Below, in pieces: positions 27,544 through 36,794 of a stretch of 62,446 bases of DNA. Source of the DNA: Candidatus Micrarchaeota archaeon (lineage in GTDB: Archaea; Micrarchaeota; Micrarchaeia; Micrarchaeales; CABMGC01); contig JAJYWY010000003.1 in the NCBI GenBank assembly GCA_021791245.1, forward strand, positions 1 through 62,446. Reading direction: 5' to 3'. Under the pieces are notes generated by a model that worked only from the letters and a program-made list of their open reading frames with translations, had not been told where the DNA came from and made no database searches. How positions within the stretch are numbered: position 1 is the first letter of the stretch; every line of letters starts with the position of its first letter. Position numbers and translations under genes: made by a program.

Positions 27544-28893
27544 CTATTTAAAAAACCTGACCTTGACTGCCGGCTTGTGCTCGACTTCTCTCAAGGTATA
27601 GTATATCAGTATAGCAAGTAGCACGACAACTATGCCGCTTGCAAGCGCTACCTCCGGGAATCCGAAGAAGAACGCTATAAGCAGGAGCATTCCTGCAATA
27701 GGCAGATATGGAAAGAGAGGCGCTTCGAATATATCTTCTACATGCACATTCATCCTTTTCAGCTCTTTTCTTATATATACAAGATGGTAATTATTCCTCA
27801 TCATTCTCAACTTTATAAATGCGAATCCAGTAAGCAGATATCCTAATAAGAGGCCGAAGTTGCTTATTGCGGCAACTATGTATATGTTGTTGAATCCAAG
27901 GAAGAGCATGCTGAAAAATGCGGTTATTATTATGGAATTAATAGGGGTTTTGCTTCCCTTATGGGTCTTAAGGAAATGCGGCAGCAATCCGTCTTTTGAC
28001 ATCTGGTATACAAGCATTGAGCCGCCCAGCAGCATGCCTAGGCTTGCAGATGTGGTCGCAACCACAGCGGCTATCCCGATAAGTATGAAAAGCCAGTAAG
28101 GAGCCCCGCTTGACGTAAGTGCGAAGTTAAGGGGATCAGCTCTGCCTGTGTATTGCAGGGGATTGGCTAATGATATCATCGACCCGGTCACAAGAACATA
28201 CAATATGCCGCTTATCACTACTGAAAGTATTATCGCTTTTGCCGCGGTTCTTCCTCCGCCTTCTATATCAGGGGTTATTGAGGATATTGTCTGGAATCCT
28301 GCATATGCAAACATGGCTATCACGCTGGCAGAGAAGATCCCTCCAGCGCCCTTGGATAAAAATCCCGTAAACCTGGTGCCGCTCCAGTTTCCGATATAAA
28401 ATGCAAACAGGATAAATACTATAAGGGCTAGCACTTTGAAGGACACGAGCAATATGTCTGTTTCTGCTGCTTTTCCTGTGCCTTTTGCTATCAAAATAGA
28501 CAAAATCACTATTATCAATATTGAAAAAAGCTGCGCATATGCTGAGGAGCTTATCCCAAGCAGCGAGGCGAAATATGAGCCGAAGCCTATTGCTATTGCA
28601 GCCGCGGATGCGGTAAACGCAAGGTACATCAGTATTCCGCATACGAAGCCTAACTCGCTCCCGAATGCCTGGTATGTAAATGAGTATGTCGCACCACGCT
28701 CATGCGGCATCTCGCTTGACAATTCCCCCATCTCTAGCGCTATAATGGCTGCGGCTATCCCTGTTATTATGAATGCTATGAGGGCGCCTGTTCCAGCAAG
28801 GTTTATCGTCACGCCGCTTAGTACGAATATGCCCGCACCTATTATTGCGCCCAATCCTATTGCAGTTGCCCCCCATAACCCTATTTTCTTCAT
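27544..28893 (-). CDS. APC-family amino acid permease
   Basis: GAIIGAGIF, ELSSEMP..G, FAYAGF, about 12 TM segments. Confidence 0.92.
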   Translation of the reverse strand: MKKIGLWGATAIGLGAIIGAGIFVLSGVTINLAGTGALIAFIITGIAAAIIALEMGELSSEMPHERGATYSFTYQAFGSELGFVCGILMYLAFTASAAAIAIGFGSYFASLLGISSSAYAQLFSILIIVILSILIAKGTGKAAETDILLVSFKVLALIVFILFAFYIGNWSGTRFTGFLSKGAGGIFSASVIAMFAYAGFQTISSITPDIEGGGRTAAKAIILSVVISGILYVLVTGSMISLANPLQYTGRADPLNFALTSSGAPYWLFILIGIAAVVATTSASLGMLLGGSMLVYQMSKDGLLPHFLKTHKGSKTPINSIIITAFFSMLFLGFNNIYIVAAISNFGLLLGYLLTGFAFIKLRMMRNNYHLVYIRKELKRMNVHVEDIFEAPLFPYLPIAGMLLLIAFFFGFPEVALASGIVVVLLAILIYYTLREVEHKPAVKVRFFK

Positions 28894-28997
28894 ATTAGTA
28901 TAACAGGGATAAAGCTTTTAAAATCAGGCTGGTTTATGCAAATTATGCGATTAATATAAATACTCTGGAATCCATAATAAAATATGATGGCGATGCA

Positions 28998-29504
28998 ATG
29001 GCAACTAAAATAAAACCGAACGAAAAGGCAATAGAAAATGTTGTTTTTAGAGTAGATGGCATTGAGAAGAAAGATCTTTCCGGCATCTCTCCGGCGGTTG
29101 CAAGAGTAGAGATGGAATGCCGAAGCACAAAATTCGACAGCAATATAAAACTGCCACTGGTAAGAATAGGCAGTACAGGGGCATGGAAAATTGATGGAAC
29201 AATAACAAAGGATACGCTGTCCGCAATATCAGATGCGGAGGAACTGAATCTTGTGAAGAAGGCGCGTGTAAACATAGGCATTGAAAATGGACCTATTGCA
29301 GAGATAGGAACTATGACCTCATTCAATGCCCCTGGAATGGAGGTCAGCAGGATAAAGAGCGACTGGAAGCACTGGAAGATAGAAGCTGGAACAAGAAACA
29401 ACGCTGAAAAGCTTAAGGGAAAATTGCCAGGGTGCATTACGGAAATCGAATTTTATGAGAAGGAAGGGGCAAAGTTAAAAATCATTCCGGCAAGCAGCAC
29501 ATAA
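28998..29504 (+). CDS. Hypothetical protein (paralog of 30466-30942)
   Basis: Shared GAW.I.GT...D.L.AI and LP.C..E.E.Y....EGAK motifs. Confidence 0.75.
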   Translation: MATKIKPNEKAIENVVFRVDGIEKKDLSGISPAVARVEMECRSTKFDSNIKLPLVRIGSTGAWKIDGTITKDTLSAISDAEELNLVKKARVNIGIENGPIAEIGTMTSFNAPGMEVSRIKSDWKHWKIEAGTRNNAEKLKGKLPGCITEIEFYEKEGAKLKIIPASST

Positions 29505-29607
29505 AATGATAAGGGTATGAGCCACGAAAAGAAAAACCAATAGGTTAATAAAAAGGCAATGAACATAACAAAGGCGCAATATTCAGAAAAGAAAAACAGG
29601 TAAGATA

Positions 29608-30411
29608 ATGGAAAAACAAAATCATAAAGACGATATAACAGTGAAACATATTGCAGATGCAAGAAGAAAGTCGGAGGGCGAAGACAGCCCTGATGGCATA
29701 GAATACAAAAAAACTAATAAAATCACAGCGAATGCAGAGGCATTGCTTCTATTATTCGAGGAAGCACCAGGAAATTTTAGTTTCTCCCTTGATAATTATA
29801 GTAGTTTTGGAAATGTAGATCTTTCCAAAGCGTCAGCAATGCTTGAAGGATTAGACTATACAATAGAAGACATAGAATTCATCTGCCCGTTAATTGCTTA
29901 CTCTTACAAGAAGAAATGTTATGCTTCTAAGAATCTTAATTTTCTTCGAGAGAAGGATTTGAAAGAGGCTATAGGCATCTTCCTCTCCGCGGCAATCAAC
30001 AAAATAATCAAGAAAACAGACACGGTAAACATTTATTTATTAGGCATCGAAGTAGATTACCTTGGTTCTTATCTTCCTTGCGGCAATCTAATAATTCACG
30101 GCAATGTGGGCAAGATGACTGGCACCTGTATGGAGAACGGCATCATAATAATTGAAGGCAATGCTGGCACTAATACTGGCCACCAGATGAAGAACGGCAT
30201 CATAATAATTGAAGGCAATGCTGGCATTAATACTGGCTGCTTCATGAGTGAAGGCACCATCATAGTCGGAGGCAATGTAGGCGATTTTACTGGTGAATTG
30301 TCTTATGGCGGGAAGATAGATGTTTATGGAAAGATAACAACTGTATGGGGCATAGGCCAAGATGCAAGGGCTGCAATCTTCTGCAAGGGAAAAAGAGTAA
30401 ATAATCAGTGA
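29608..30411 (+). CDS. GXGXG (FwdC/GltB-C-like) beta-helix repeat protein
   Basis: 19-aa repeats M.NG.IIIEGNAG..TG. Confidence 0.8.
   Translation: MEKQNHKDDITVKHIADARRKSEGEDSPDGIEYKKTNKITANAEALLLLFEEAPGNFSFSLDNYSSFGNVDLSKASAMLEGLDYTIEDIEFICPLIAYSYKKKCYASKNLNFLREKDLKEAIGIFLSAAINKIIKKTDTVNIYLLGIEVDYLGSYLPCGNLIIHGNVGKMTGTCMENGIIIIEGNAGTNTGHQMKNGIIIIEGNAGINTGCFMSEGTIIVGGNVGDFTGELSYGGKIDVYGKITTVWGIGQDARAAIFCKGKRVNNQ
30130..30243 (+). repeat. 57-bp near-perfect tandem duplication within the GXGXG gene
   Basis: ATG(G/A)AGAACGGCATCATAATAATTGAAGGCAATGCTGGCA(C/T)TAATACTGGC at 30130 and 30187. Confidence 0.9.
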
Positions 30412-30465
30412 AACAATGGAGCAGCAAAGGCGGAAAAACAATGTTTAGACTAAGCATTTGATATC

Positions 30466-30942
30466 ATGGAAATACTACCAACTCGGAATAAAGAAGAGAA
30501 GAATGCACTTATTGTCAGGACGGAATCAGATTTAGAAAAGCTGGCAAAGTACCATCCTTTGGACAAGTATGCGGATCTCGTATACAAAACGCATGATGGC
30601 GTGATCCATAGAAGGATTAGCAAAATGAACAACGGGGCATGGGAGATTCTTGGTACGGTTTCTCCGGATGCATTAAACGCCATTGATGCAGAATTCTTAG
30701 AGATAAGGCAGGCAAAGCTTGAGATTGAAGTTAATGGGAGAGAGCCTTTGAGCATGCTTGTGAATAAATCTGCAGGCTTGAAATGGAGAATATCAAAACC
30801 CGTAACAGAAGAAATTTTCAGCATGATAAAAGACAGCTTGCCCAAATGCGTAATAGAGGCTGAAGTTTATGCAAAGAGCTACACAGAAGGCGCAAAGCAT
30901 GCCGTATATGTAAGGAAGAAAGGGGACTGGGCTCCGCGCTAG
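30466..30942 (+). CDS. Hypothetical protein (paralog of 28998-29504)
   Basis: GAWEILGTVSPDALNAIDAE; LPKCVIEAEVYAKSYTEGAK. Confidence 0.75.
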   Translation: MEILPTRNKEEKNALIVRTESDLEKLAKYHPLDKYADLVYKTHDGVIHRRISKMNNGAWEILGTVSPDALNAIDAEFLEIRQAKLEIEVNGREPLSMLVNKSAGLKWRISKPVTEEIFSMIKDSLPKCVIEAEVYAKSYTEGAKHAVYVRKKGDWAPR

Positions 30943-30972
30943 AGATAATGCTTGTGATCGCAGATATTTTTG

Positions 30973-31023
30973 ACAACGTGAGCAGGAAATCCCAAACCAT
31001 TTATGGGCGGGATGAGGGCGAAC
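30973..31023 (+). repeat. IS200/IS605 right-end-like hairpin repeat, copy 2
   Basis: ACAACGTGAGCAGGAAATCCCAAACCATTTATGGGCGGGA-TGAGGGCGAAC. Confidence 0.6.
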
Positions 31024-31109
31024 CGCAATTGCAGCAAAACAAATGGCAAAATAAATAACAAGGTATTTAAAAGTTCGATTCTTAGTATAAGCTGTTTTCT
31101 GTGATATAA

Positions 31110-34100
31110 TTGCTTGAGGCATTAATACTAGGATTCATATCTATAATAGTGCCAGGGTTCTTCCTAGCACTAGCCCTGCTTAAGAAGACGAAGCTGCCAA
31201 TGTTCGAAATAGTTATAATGGGTTTCATCTTCGGACTTATATTTCCGCCAACAATGATCTGGCTGGAGGCATACCTAATAAACATTTCACATTTCTTTGC
31301 ATACTCCGAGGCCCTATATAACATAAATATAATAGTGCTTACGATAATAGGCGTTGCGCTCTGCTTCCAGCAGAAGGCATTCGATTTCGACACTAAAAAT
31401 CTTTTCCATCCATTCTCCAGGAACTCAGATGCAAAGTCAATGGCTTCCGAGGCAAAGATAGATATCGAGGTAATAAACAGGCACAAGAAAGAAGAAAACG
31501 ACCTGAAGAAAAGGCATGCTTCGGAGCTTGAACTTATAAATGACCCTGAACAGCGTTCGCGCGTAATGCAGCTTCACAATGACGAAGAAGAAAGGCTGCG
31601 CAGGGAGCATGAACAAGAAGAAGAGATGCTGCTCCAGAGCGTAAAGGAGAACGAGAGAAAGAAACCGTTCCTCAAGTCCGAGGCTTTCGTATTTGCAGTG
31701 CTTTTTGCCATAATGCTGATAACATTCTTCACCAGGATGGCTAGCATAGGCATTGCGCCGCATTTCTTCGAGTTCGATCCTTATTTCGACATGCAGAGCA
31801 CCACGTATATACTTACTTTTGGGCAGCAGCTCCTGCTCGAACACTCGGCATGGCCTACGCTTGTTGCAGGCACGGCGCATACAATACAGCCCATAGTGCC
31901 GTACCTAGAGGCATACTGGTATGACTTGGCGGCAGGGGTCGGAAATGGTGCATTAAACACCACTCTCCTCAGCGACGTAGGCTCCTTTTATCCTCCAATA
32001 ACAGCTGCGCTTCTTGTATTTGTAGTGTTTATGCTGCTTTACCATGATTACGGAAAACTGCCTGGGCTTCTAGGCGCTGCGCTTGTTGCAGGCATGCCTG
32101 CGCTAATAACAACGTTCATAGCAGGAGAGCAGCTGCTGGAGCCATGGGGGATATTCGCCATGTTCTTCTTCTACGCGACTTACCTTCTTGCGGTGCGGAA
32201 TCCAAAAGAATGGCGCTTCGCAGTTCTTGCAGGAATAGCGTTCGCGTCTAATTTCCTCGGGGCGCATTATTTCACAGTCACCACAGGGGTATTTGCAGCA
32301 TACATCTTAGTTCAGGGGCTCATAAATGTATTCAGGAAGAAGCGTGATATGAAGGAATTCTATATGATGAATATAATAGTGCTTGCCGTTATAACGGTCT
32401 TCTACATATTATACGCACCATACGGAGCTACCCTGTCCCAAAGCATATCCTCGATACTTTTTGTGCCCATCATAATAGCATTCCCATTGTTTGCACTCGT
32501 ATTCGTTGCACTCCTCGACTTCATACCGAAATATATGCAAGAACGGAAGATTATAAACAGTGTTGATATATTCACGCAGCTTGGCCTTCTTCTTGTTTTC
32601 GCATTGATAGCCGTACTTCTGATATTATTCACCCCTATTGGAAAGCCAATAAAGGCTTACGTAGCGCTTAGCGCGCATTACACTACGCCATCAATACCTT
32701 TGTTTATGACAGTGCAGGAATATGAGCCTACGGGAATAACATACAACTTCGGAGCACAGGGATTCGGTTATATAGGAGAAAGCATAGGAGGCATACCGAT
32801 AATAATATGGCTTGTGCTCGCTTTATTCACGGTGCTCGCACTTCTATCCATATACTACCAAAAATCAGATTCCAGCGTGCTTTACTTCGCTATGATAATA
32901 CCGCTTGCGGTTGCAGGCATGACAGAAGTCAAGTACCTTCCGCACTTCGGGGTTGGATACATAATAGCTATAGGCGTAATAGTAGGGATAATAATAGAGA
33001 TAGCCAAGCATGACTTCAAGCTCAACTTCAAGCTAGGTTCTCCAGGCTCATTCGATACGCACAAACTCGCAGAGAGGCTGATAATGGCGCTTGTATTCTT
33101 CCTGCTTATCATAGGGTTCCTTCCTTCCATGACATCGATAGTGTCTGCTGCCGCAAATCCGAACTGCAGTTCTATACTGAATAATAGCAACGGGCTTGGA
33201 TACACGCTATACTGCACTACTGTGCCAAACTACTGGATAAATGCTACTACATGGATGAGAGAGAATATAGGGCCTTACGCCCCAAGGATACTATCATGGT
33301 GGGATTATGGGGACTGGATAAACTGGTTCGGGAACAGCAATGCAGTGCTAAGGGGAGACAATGCCGTGGCTACTCTGGATTATGCGACGGCCGCGCAGTA
33401 TGTATTCAGCCCTGTTGACGGATACGGCCCTTCCACTCTTGCAAACTTCATGAACAAGATGCAGGCGCAATACGTGCTTTTCGACAACCAGTTGCAGCAG
33501 AAATGGGAGGCGCTTGATTTCCTTGCGTGCATAGACGTTAACCAGACTTCCATGGCATATGCTACGCAGCAAGGGAGCGCACAGGGCGTTCCTTACTTGT
33601 TAGGCACTTCTGCATGCGAGACAAGCCATGATCCGGTGTATGCACTTATACCAGTTACGCCAAGCAGCGTAAATGCATACTGCAACAACTTTGCGAACGG
33701 CACTGCAATACAGGCATTCCTAACATACGGAAGCAGCATTGAGAACCAGACCTACTGCGTACCCACATCAATTTTCTCCCAGGTCAAACCTGTTCCCATA
33801 TACAGCAGCAATGGAACCAAACTCAACGCGCTGATAATACCTACGCAGCAATTCTTCTACGGCACGGTAAGCTTATATGGGCAGAACTTCGCGGACTTCA
33901 TGGTCATATATACGCCTGGCGCAAACGGCACAATATCTGCCCCAACGCAGTTCTACAACTCTAACTATTACCAGGGATTCATGTTCGGAAAACTAAAGGG
34001 ATATACGCTTGCATATCCTTCCAATTTCTCAGGAATAAACTATATAAACAGCACAAACCCGGTAATGATATTCAGACTCGACAACTATTCTGGGGGCATT

Positions 34101-34157
34101 CCGCCGCACACCCCAAAGCCTTCATGGATAAACAACAACTTCACAGTTCCGGGATGA
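31110..34157 (+). CDS. aglB: Oligosaccharyltransferase AglB (STT3 family)
   Basis: FEFDPYF, TVQEY, ILSWWDYGDWI...DNA, multi-TM. Confidence 0.93.
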   Translation: MLEALILGFISIIVPGFFLALALLKKTKLPMFEIVIMGFIFGLIFPPTMIWLEAYLINISHFFAYSEALYNINIIVLTIIGVALCFQQKAFDFDTKNLFHPFSRNSDAKSMASEAKIDIEVINRHKKEENDLKKRHASELELINDPEQRSRVMQLHNDEEERLRREHEQEEEMLLQSVKENERKKPFLKSEAFVFAVLFAIMLITFFTRMASIGIAPHFFEFDPYFDMQSTTYILTFGQQLLLEHSAWPTLVAGTAHTIQPIVPYLEAYWYDLAAGVGNGALNTTLLSDVGSFYPPITAALLVFVVFMLLYHDYGKLPGLLGAALVAGMPALITTFIAGEQLLEPWGIFAMFFFYATYLLAVRNPKEWRFAVLAGIAFASNFLGAHYFTVTTGVFAAYILVQGLINVFRKKRDMKEFYMMNIIVLAVITVFYILYAPYGATLSQSISSILFVPIIIAFPLFALVFVALLDFIPKYMQERKIINSVDIFTQLGLLLVFALIAVLLILFTPIGKPIKAYVALSAHYTTPSIPLFMTVQEYEPTGITYNFGAQGFGYIGESIGGIPIIIWLVLALFTVLALLSIYYQKSDSSVLYFAMIIPLAVAGMTEVKYLPHFGVGYIIAIGVIVGIIIEIAKHDFKLNFKLGSPGSFDTHKLAERLIMALVFFLLIIGFLPSMTSIVSAAANPNCSSILNNSNGLGYTLYCTTVPNYWINATTWMRENIGPYAPRILSWWDYGDWINWFGNSNAVLRGDNAVATLDYATAAQYVFSPVDGYGPSTLANFMNKMQAQYVLFDNQLQQKWEALDFLACIDVNQTSMAYATQQGSAQGVPYLLGTSACETSHDPVYALIPVTPSSVNAYCNNFANGTAIQAFLTYGSSIENQTYCVPTSIFSQVKPVPIYSSNGTKLNALIIPTQQFFYGTVSLYGQNFADFMVIYTPGANGTISAPTQFYNSNYYQGFMFGKLKGYTLAYPSNFSGINYINSTNPVMIFRLDNYSGGIPPHTPKPSWINNNFTVPG

Positions 34158-34205
34158 CCAACTGGTATTTAAGCTGAGAAACCCATTAATCCATAGGTAA
34201 TATAG

Positions 34206-35336
34206 ATGAAGGTACTAATAGCACAACCTTACCTTAACCTTAGAGGGGGCGCGGAAAGGGTGATCCTTGAGATTGCAAAGCACTACGATGCAAAAGTACT
34301 CACAATGGAGTATATAAAGAACTCCACTTTCCCTGAATTTCAGGATGTCGATATAGAGATAATCGGAAAGGACGTGCCTCTTGCCCAGATGCTGCCTTAT
34401 AGAGCGCACCAGGGACTTACTTACGGATACAACTTCTACAACTACAAGGAAACCGAGGATTACGACATAATCAACAGCCACATCTCCCCAAGCGAATGGA
34501 TAAGGCACAAGAACAAGCGCGTACTGTGGTACTGCCATACTCCGCCAAGGGAAGTCTATGACCTTTATACAGAGAGGATGAAAAACAGGAGCACATCAGA
34601 GAAGCTGATATATGCATCCTTCACCAAGGCATACAAGATTATATCGCGCGGAGTAGTTACTGATTTAGAATACATAGCGACAAACAGCAAAAACACGCGC
34701 GACAGGATAAAGAAATACTTCAACAGGGATGCAGCCATAGTAAGCCCCGGCATAGACGCAGGTGAATTCAGGAACAGCGAAGACGGGAAATATTTCCTGT
34801 ATCCTTCAAGAATAGTAGCCAACAAGAGGCAGGATTACGTAATAAATGCATTCAACAGGTTCGTCAGGATATCAGGCAACGAGAACTATAAGCTCGTGCT
34901 TGCAGGTTCGCTCTCGAATAACGATGAACATCACGAATACTACAAGAAGCTTATAAAGATGAAGACGCGGAATATATTGTTCAAGCTCAATGTAGGAGAC
35001 AAGGAGCTTAAAAACCTTTATTCAAACGCAACCGCGGTTCTCTTCGCAGCCATAAACGAGGACTTCGGAATAGTGCCTCTGGAGGCCATGGCGAGCAGCA
35101 AGCCGATAATATCCGTAAATGAGGGCGGGCCTAGGGAAACCATAGTGAATGGAATAACAGGGTATACTGTAGACTCTTATGAAGAGATGGCAGACAGGAT
35201 GAAGTTCATAGTGGAGCATCCATCTATAGCGGAGGAGATGGGCAGGCAGGGGAGGAAGCGCATTGAGAACAACTTCTCATGGAAAGTCTTCTTCAAGAAG
35301 TTCGATGCTCTTGCAAGAAAGGTTGCCGATATGTAG
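34206..35336 (+). CDS. Glycosyltransferase family 4
   Basis: GGAERV, YCHTPPR, EDFGIVPLEAMA, GGPRET. Confidence 0.93.
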   Translation: MKVLIAQPYLNLRGGAERVILEIAKHYDAKVLTMEYIKNSTFPEFQDVDIEIIGKDVPLAQMLPYRAHQGLTYGYNFYNYKETEDYDIINSHISPSEWIRHKNKRVLWYCHTPPREVYDLYTERMKNRSTSEKLIYASFTKAYKIISRGVVTDLEYIATNSKNTRDRIKKYFNRDAAIVSPGIDAGEFRNSEDGKYFLYPSRIVANKRQDYVINAFNRFVRISGNENYKLVLAGSLSNNDEHHEYYKKLIKMKTRNILFKLNVGDKELKNLYSNATAVLFAAINEDFGIVPLEAMASSKPIISVNEGGPRETIVNGITGYTVDSYEEMADRMKFIVEHPSIAEEMGRQGRKRIENNFSWKVFFKKFDALARKVADM

Positions 35337-35368
35337 AGGCAATGGCTCCTTGCGCCATGGGATAAAAT

Positions 35369-36232
35369 ATGCTCCCGCAAATATGGCAAACGCATGGTGG
35401 TATAATGCATGAAAACAAAAGGAAGGAAAAAGTAGGCGAGATGCTCAGCGATCTCAAAAAGAGAACCAATGGATTCTACAGGATAATAAAAGAAGACATA
35501 AGAGAAATGAAGAGGATTGAGGATGTTGTTGAGAAGAATACAGATGCGGCGGATACGCTGCGCAGCTGCGGCAAGAGGGAAGAGGCGGCACACCTTATGG
35601 CTGCGCTTGGCCATGCGGTAAGGGAAACTGCTTATGGCAGCGGCATTGGAGAGCTCTCCGAAGACCCGTTCTGGAGAAAAAATACTAAATTGCAGAAAAC
35701 CGCTACAATATACATGTACGCTGCTGCCGAGATGGTTCACGTTTCATATTCTTCCCTGAAGGAATGGGACTTCCTTTCCGCTTCTGCATGGTGCGCCTAT
35801 GCCATAGATGTTATGGGCAGTTTCCCGCCTTCCCATACATCAATAAACCTGTGGCTTGAACTCAGGGAAAATGGGAAGAAGATAGAATTAGAATGGGACA
35901 ATACGACGCTTGGCTGCCCTGATGAAAAAATGCATAGCGGCTACATGGGTCGCACTATGCAGCCTCCTTCCCAAAAAGAGAAGGAAGGCGATGAATTTAG
36001 GGGCCAGGTTACAGAAAAGGTAAGAAACACCATACGGAGCGCGCTTAGGATAAAGAAGGACGACCTTGTAAGGATAATGGTAGAAGAGCATTACATAGAG
36101 ATTGTTATATCAGAGGAAGCATACGGCAAACTAAAGAATGGAGGGTTTATTAATTCCAGGAGGGATCTTTTGTCAAGATACCTTAAGAAGAATGTGGGCA
36201 TAATACCAAATATATCTATTCCGCCGCGTTAA
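35369..36232 (+). CDS. Hypothetical protein
   Basis: 287-aa ORF; true start may be ATG ~35406. Confidence 0.65.
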   Translation: MLPQIWQTHGGIMHENKRKEKVGEMLSDLKKRTNGFYRIIKEDIREMKRIEDVVEKNTDAADTLRSCGKREEAAHLMAALGHAVRETAYGSGIGELSEDPFWRKNTKLQKTATIYMYAAAEMVHVSYSSLKEWDFLSASAWCAYAIDVMGSFPPSHTSINLWLELRENGKKIELEWDNTTLGCPDEKMHSGYMGRTMQPPSQKEKEGDEFRGQVTEKVRNTIRSALRIKKDDLVRIMVEEHYIEIVISEEAYGKLKNGGFINSRRDLLSRYLKKNVGIIPNISIPPR

Positions 36233-36262
36233 CCAGTCAGCCCTACATCCTGATATAAGCAA

Positions 36263-36568
36263 TCAGTCTATTACGTACTTTGATATTACCTTTGCGGTGT
36301 ATTCGAGCACCTTCTTCACGTTCGCTTCTGTGTTCGTGCCGGTGCAGATGAGCTTGCCATTCTTGAATAGTATTATCTTGGCCTTCGGCTCCTTAACCGC
36401 GAAGATTGCTCCTGGGAACTGCTCTGGCTCGTAGTCAACCTCCTTGACATTCTTAGATAGCGAATAAAGGTCTATAGTAGCATGCAGGTCAGCGCTGACA
36501 ACTATGTTCTGCACCTTTATGGCAGGTTTCATGTTAAGCTTCCGCTTTTGTTCGTTTTCTTTTGCCAT
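36263..36568 (-). CDS. tbp: Single-repeat TATA-box-binding protein (half TBP, copy B)
   Basis: IKVQNIVVSADL...IDL...YEPEQFPGAI...EPK...LFKNGKLICTG; only one TBP repeat. Confidence 0.9.
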   Translation of the reverse strand: MAKENEQKRKLNMKPAIKVQNIVVSADLHATIDLYSLSKNVKEVDYEPEQFPGAIFAVKEPKAKIILFKNGKLICTGTNTEANVKKVLEYTAKVISKYVID

Positions 36569-36794
36569 TAAACCCAATATTTATATCGCACACATATTTA
36601 TAAAGCCTATATGCACATTCGTAAAAGGCAATCTGGCAAAGGAATTTTTCCATGCGCTGATATGTTGGGTAAAAGCCAGCAAATCATATGCCGTTTTTCG
36701 CATCCTATATATTAATGAATACTCCAGAAACAGGCAATTCAAAAAATAAGCAATAGTTATATATTTTGTAGATAAACCATCTAAATGAAGATGT

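Noticed and set aside
30130..30243. Diversity-generating retroelement TR/VR pair
   Set aside because: The repeats are adjacent and in frame, mismatches are not adenine-specific, and no reverse transcriptase is present
35369..36232. AbrB-like or KH-like domain at the C-terminus of the 287-aa ORF
   Set aside because: Only a weak pattern (IRSALRIKKDDLVRI) and no GxxG motif; not supportable without a profile search
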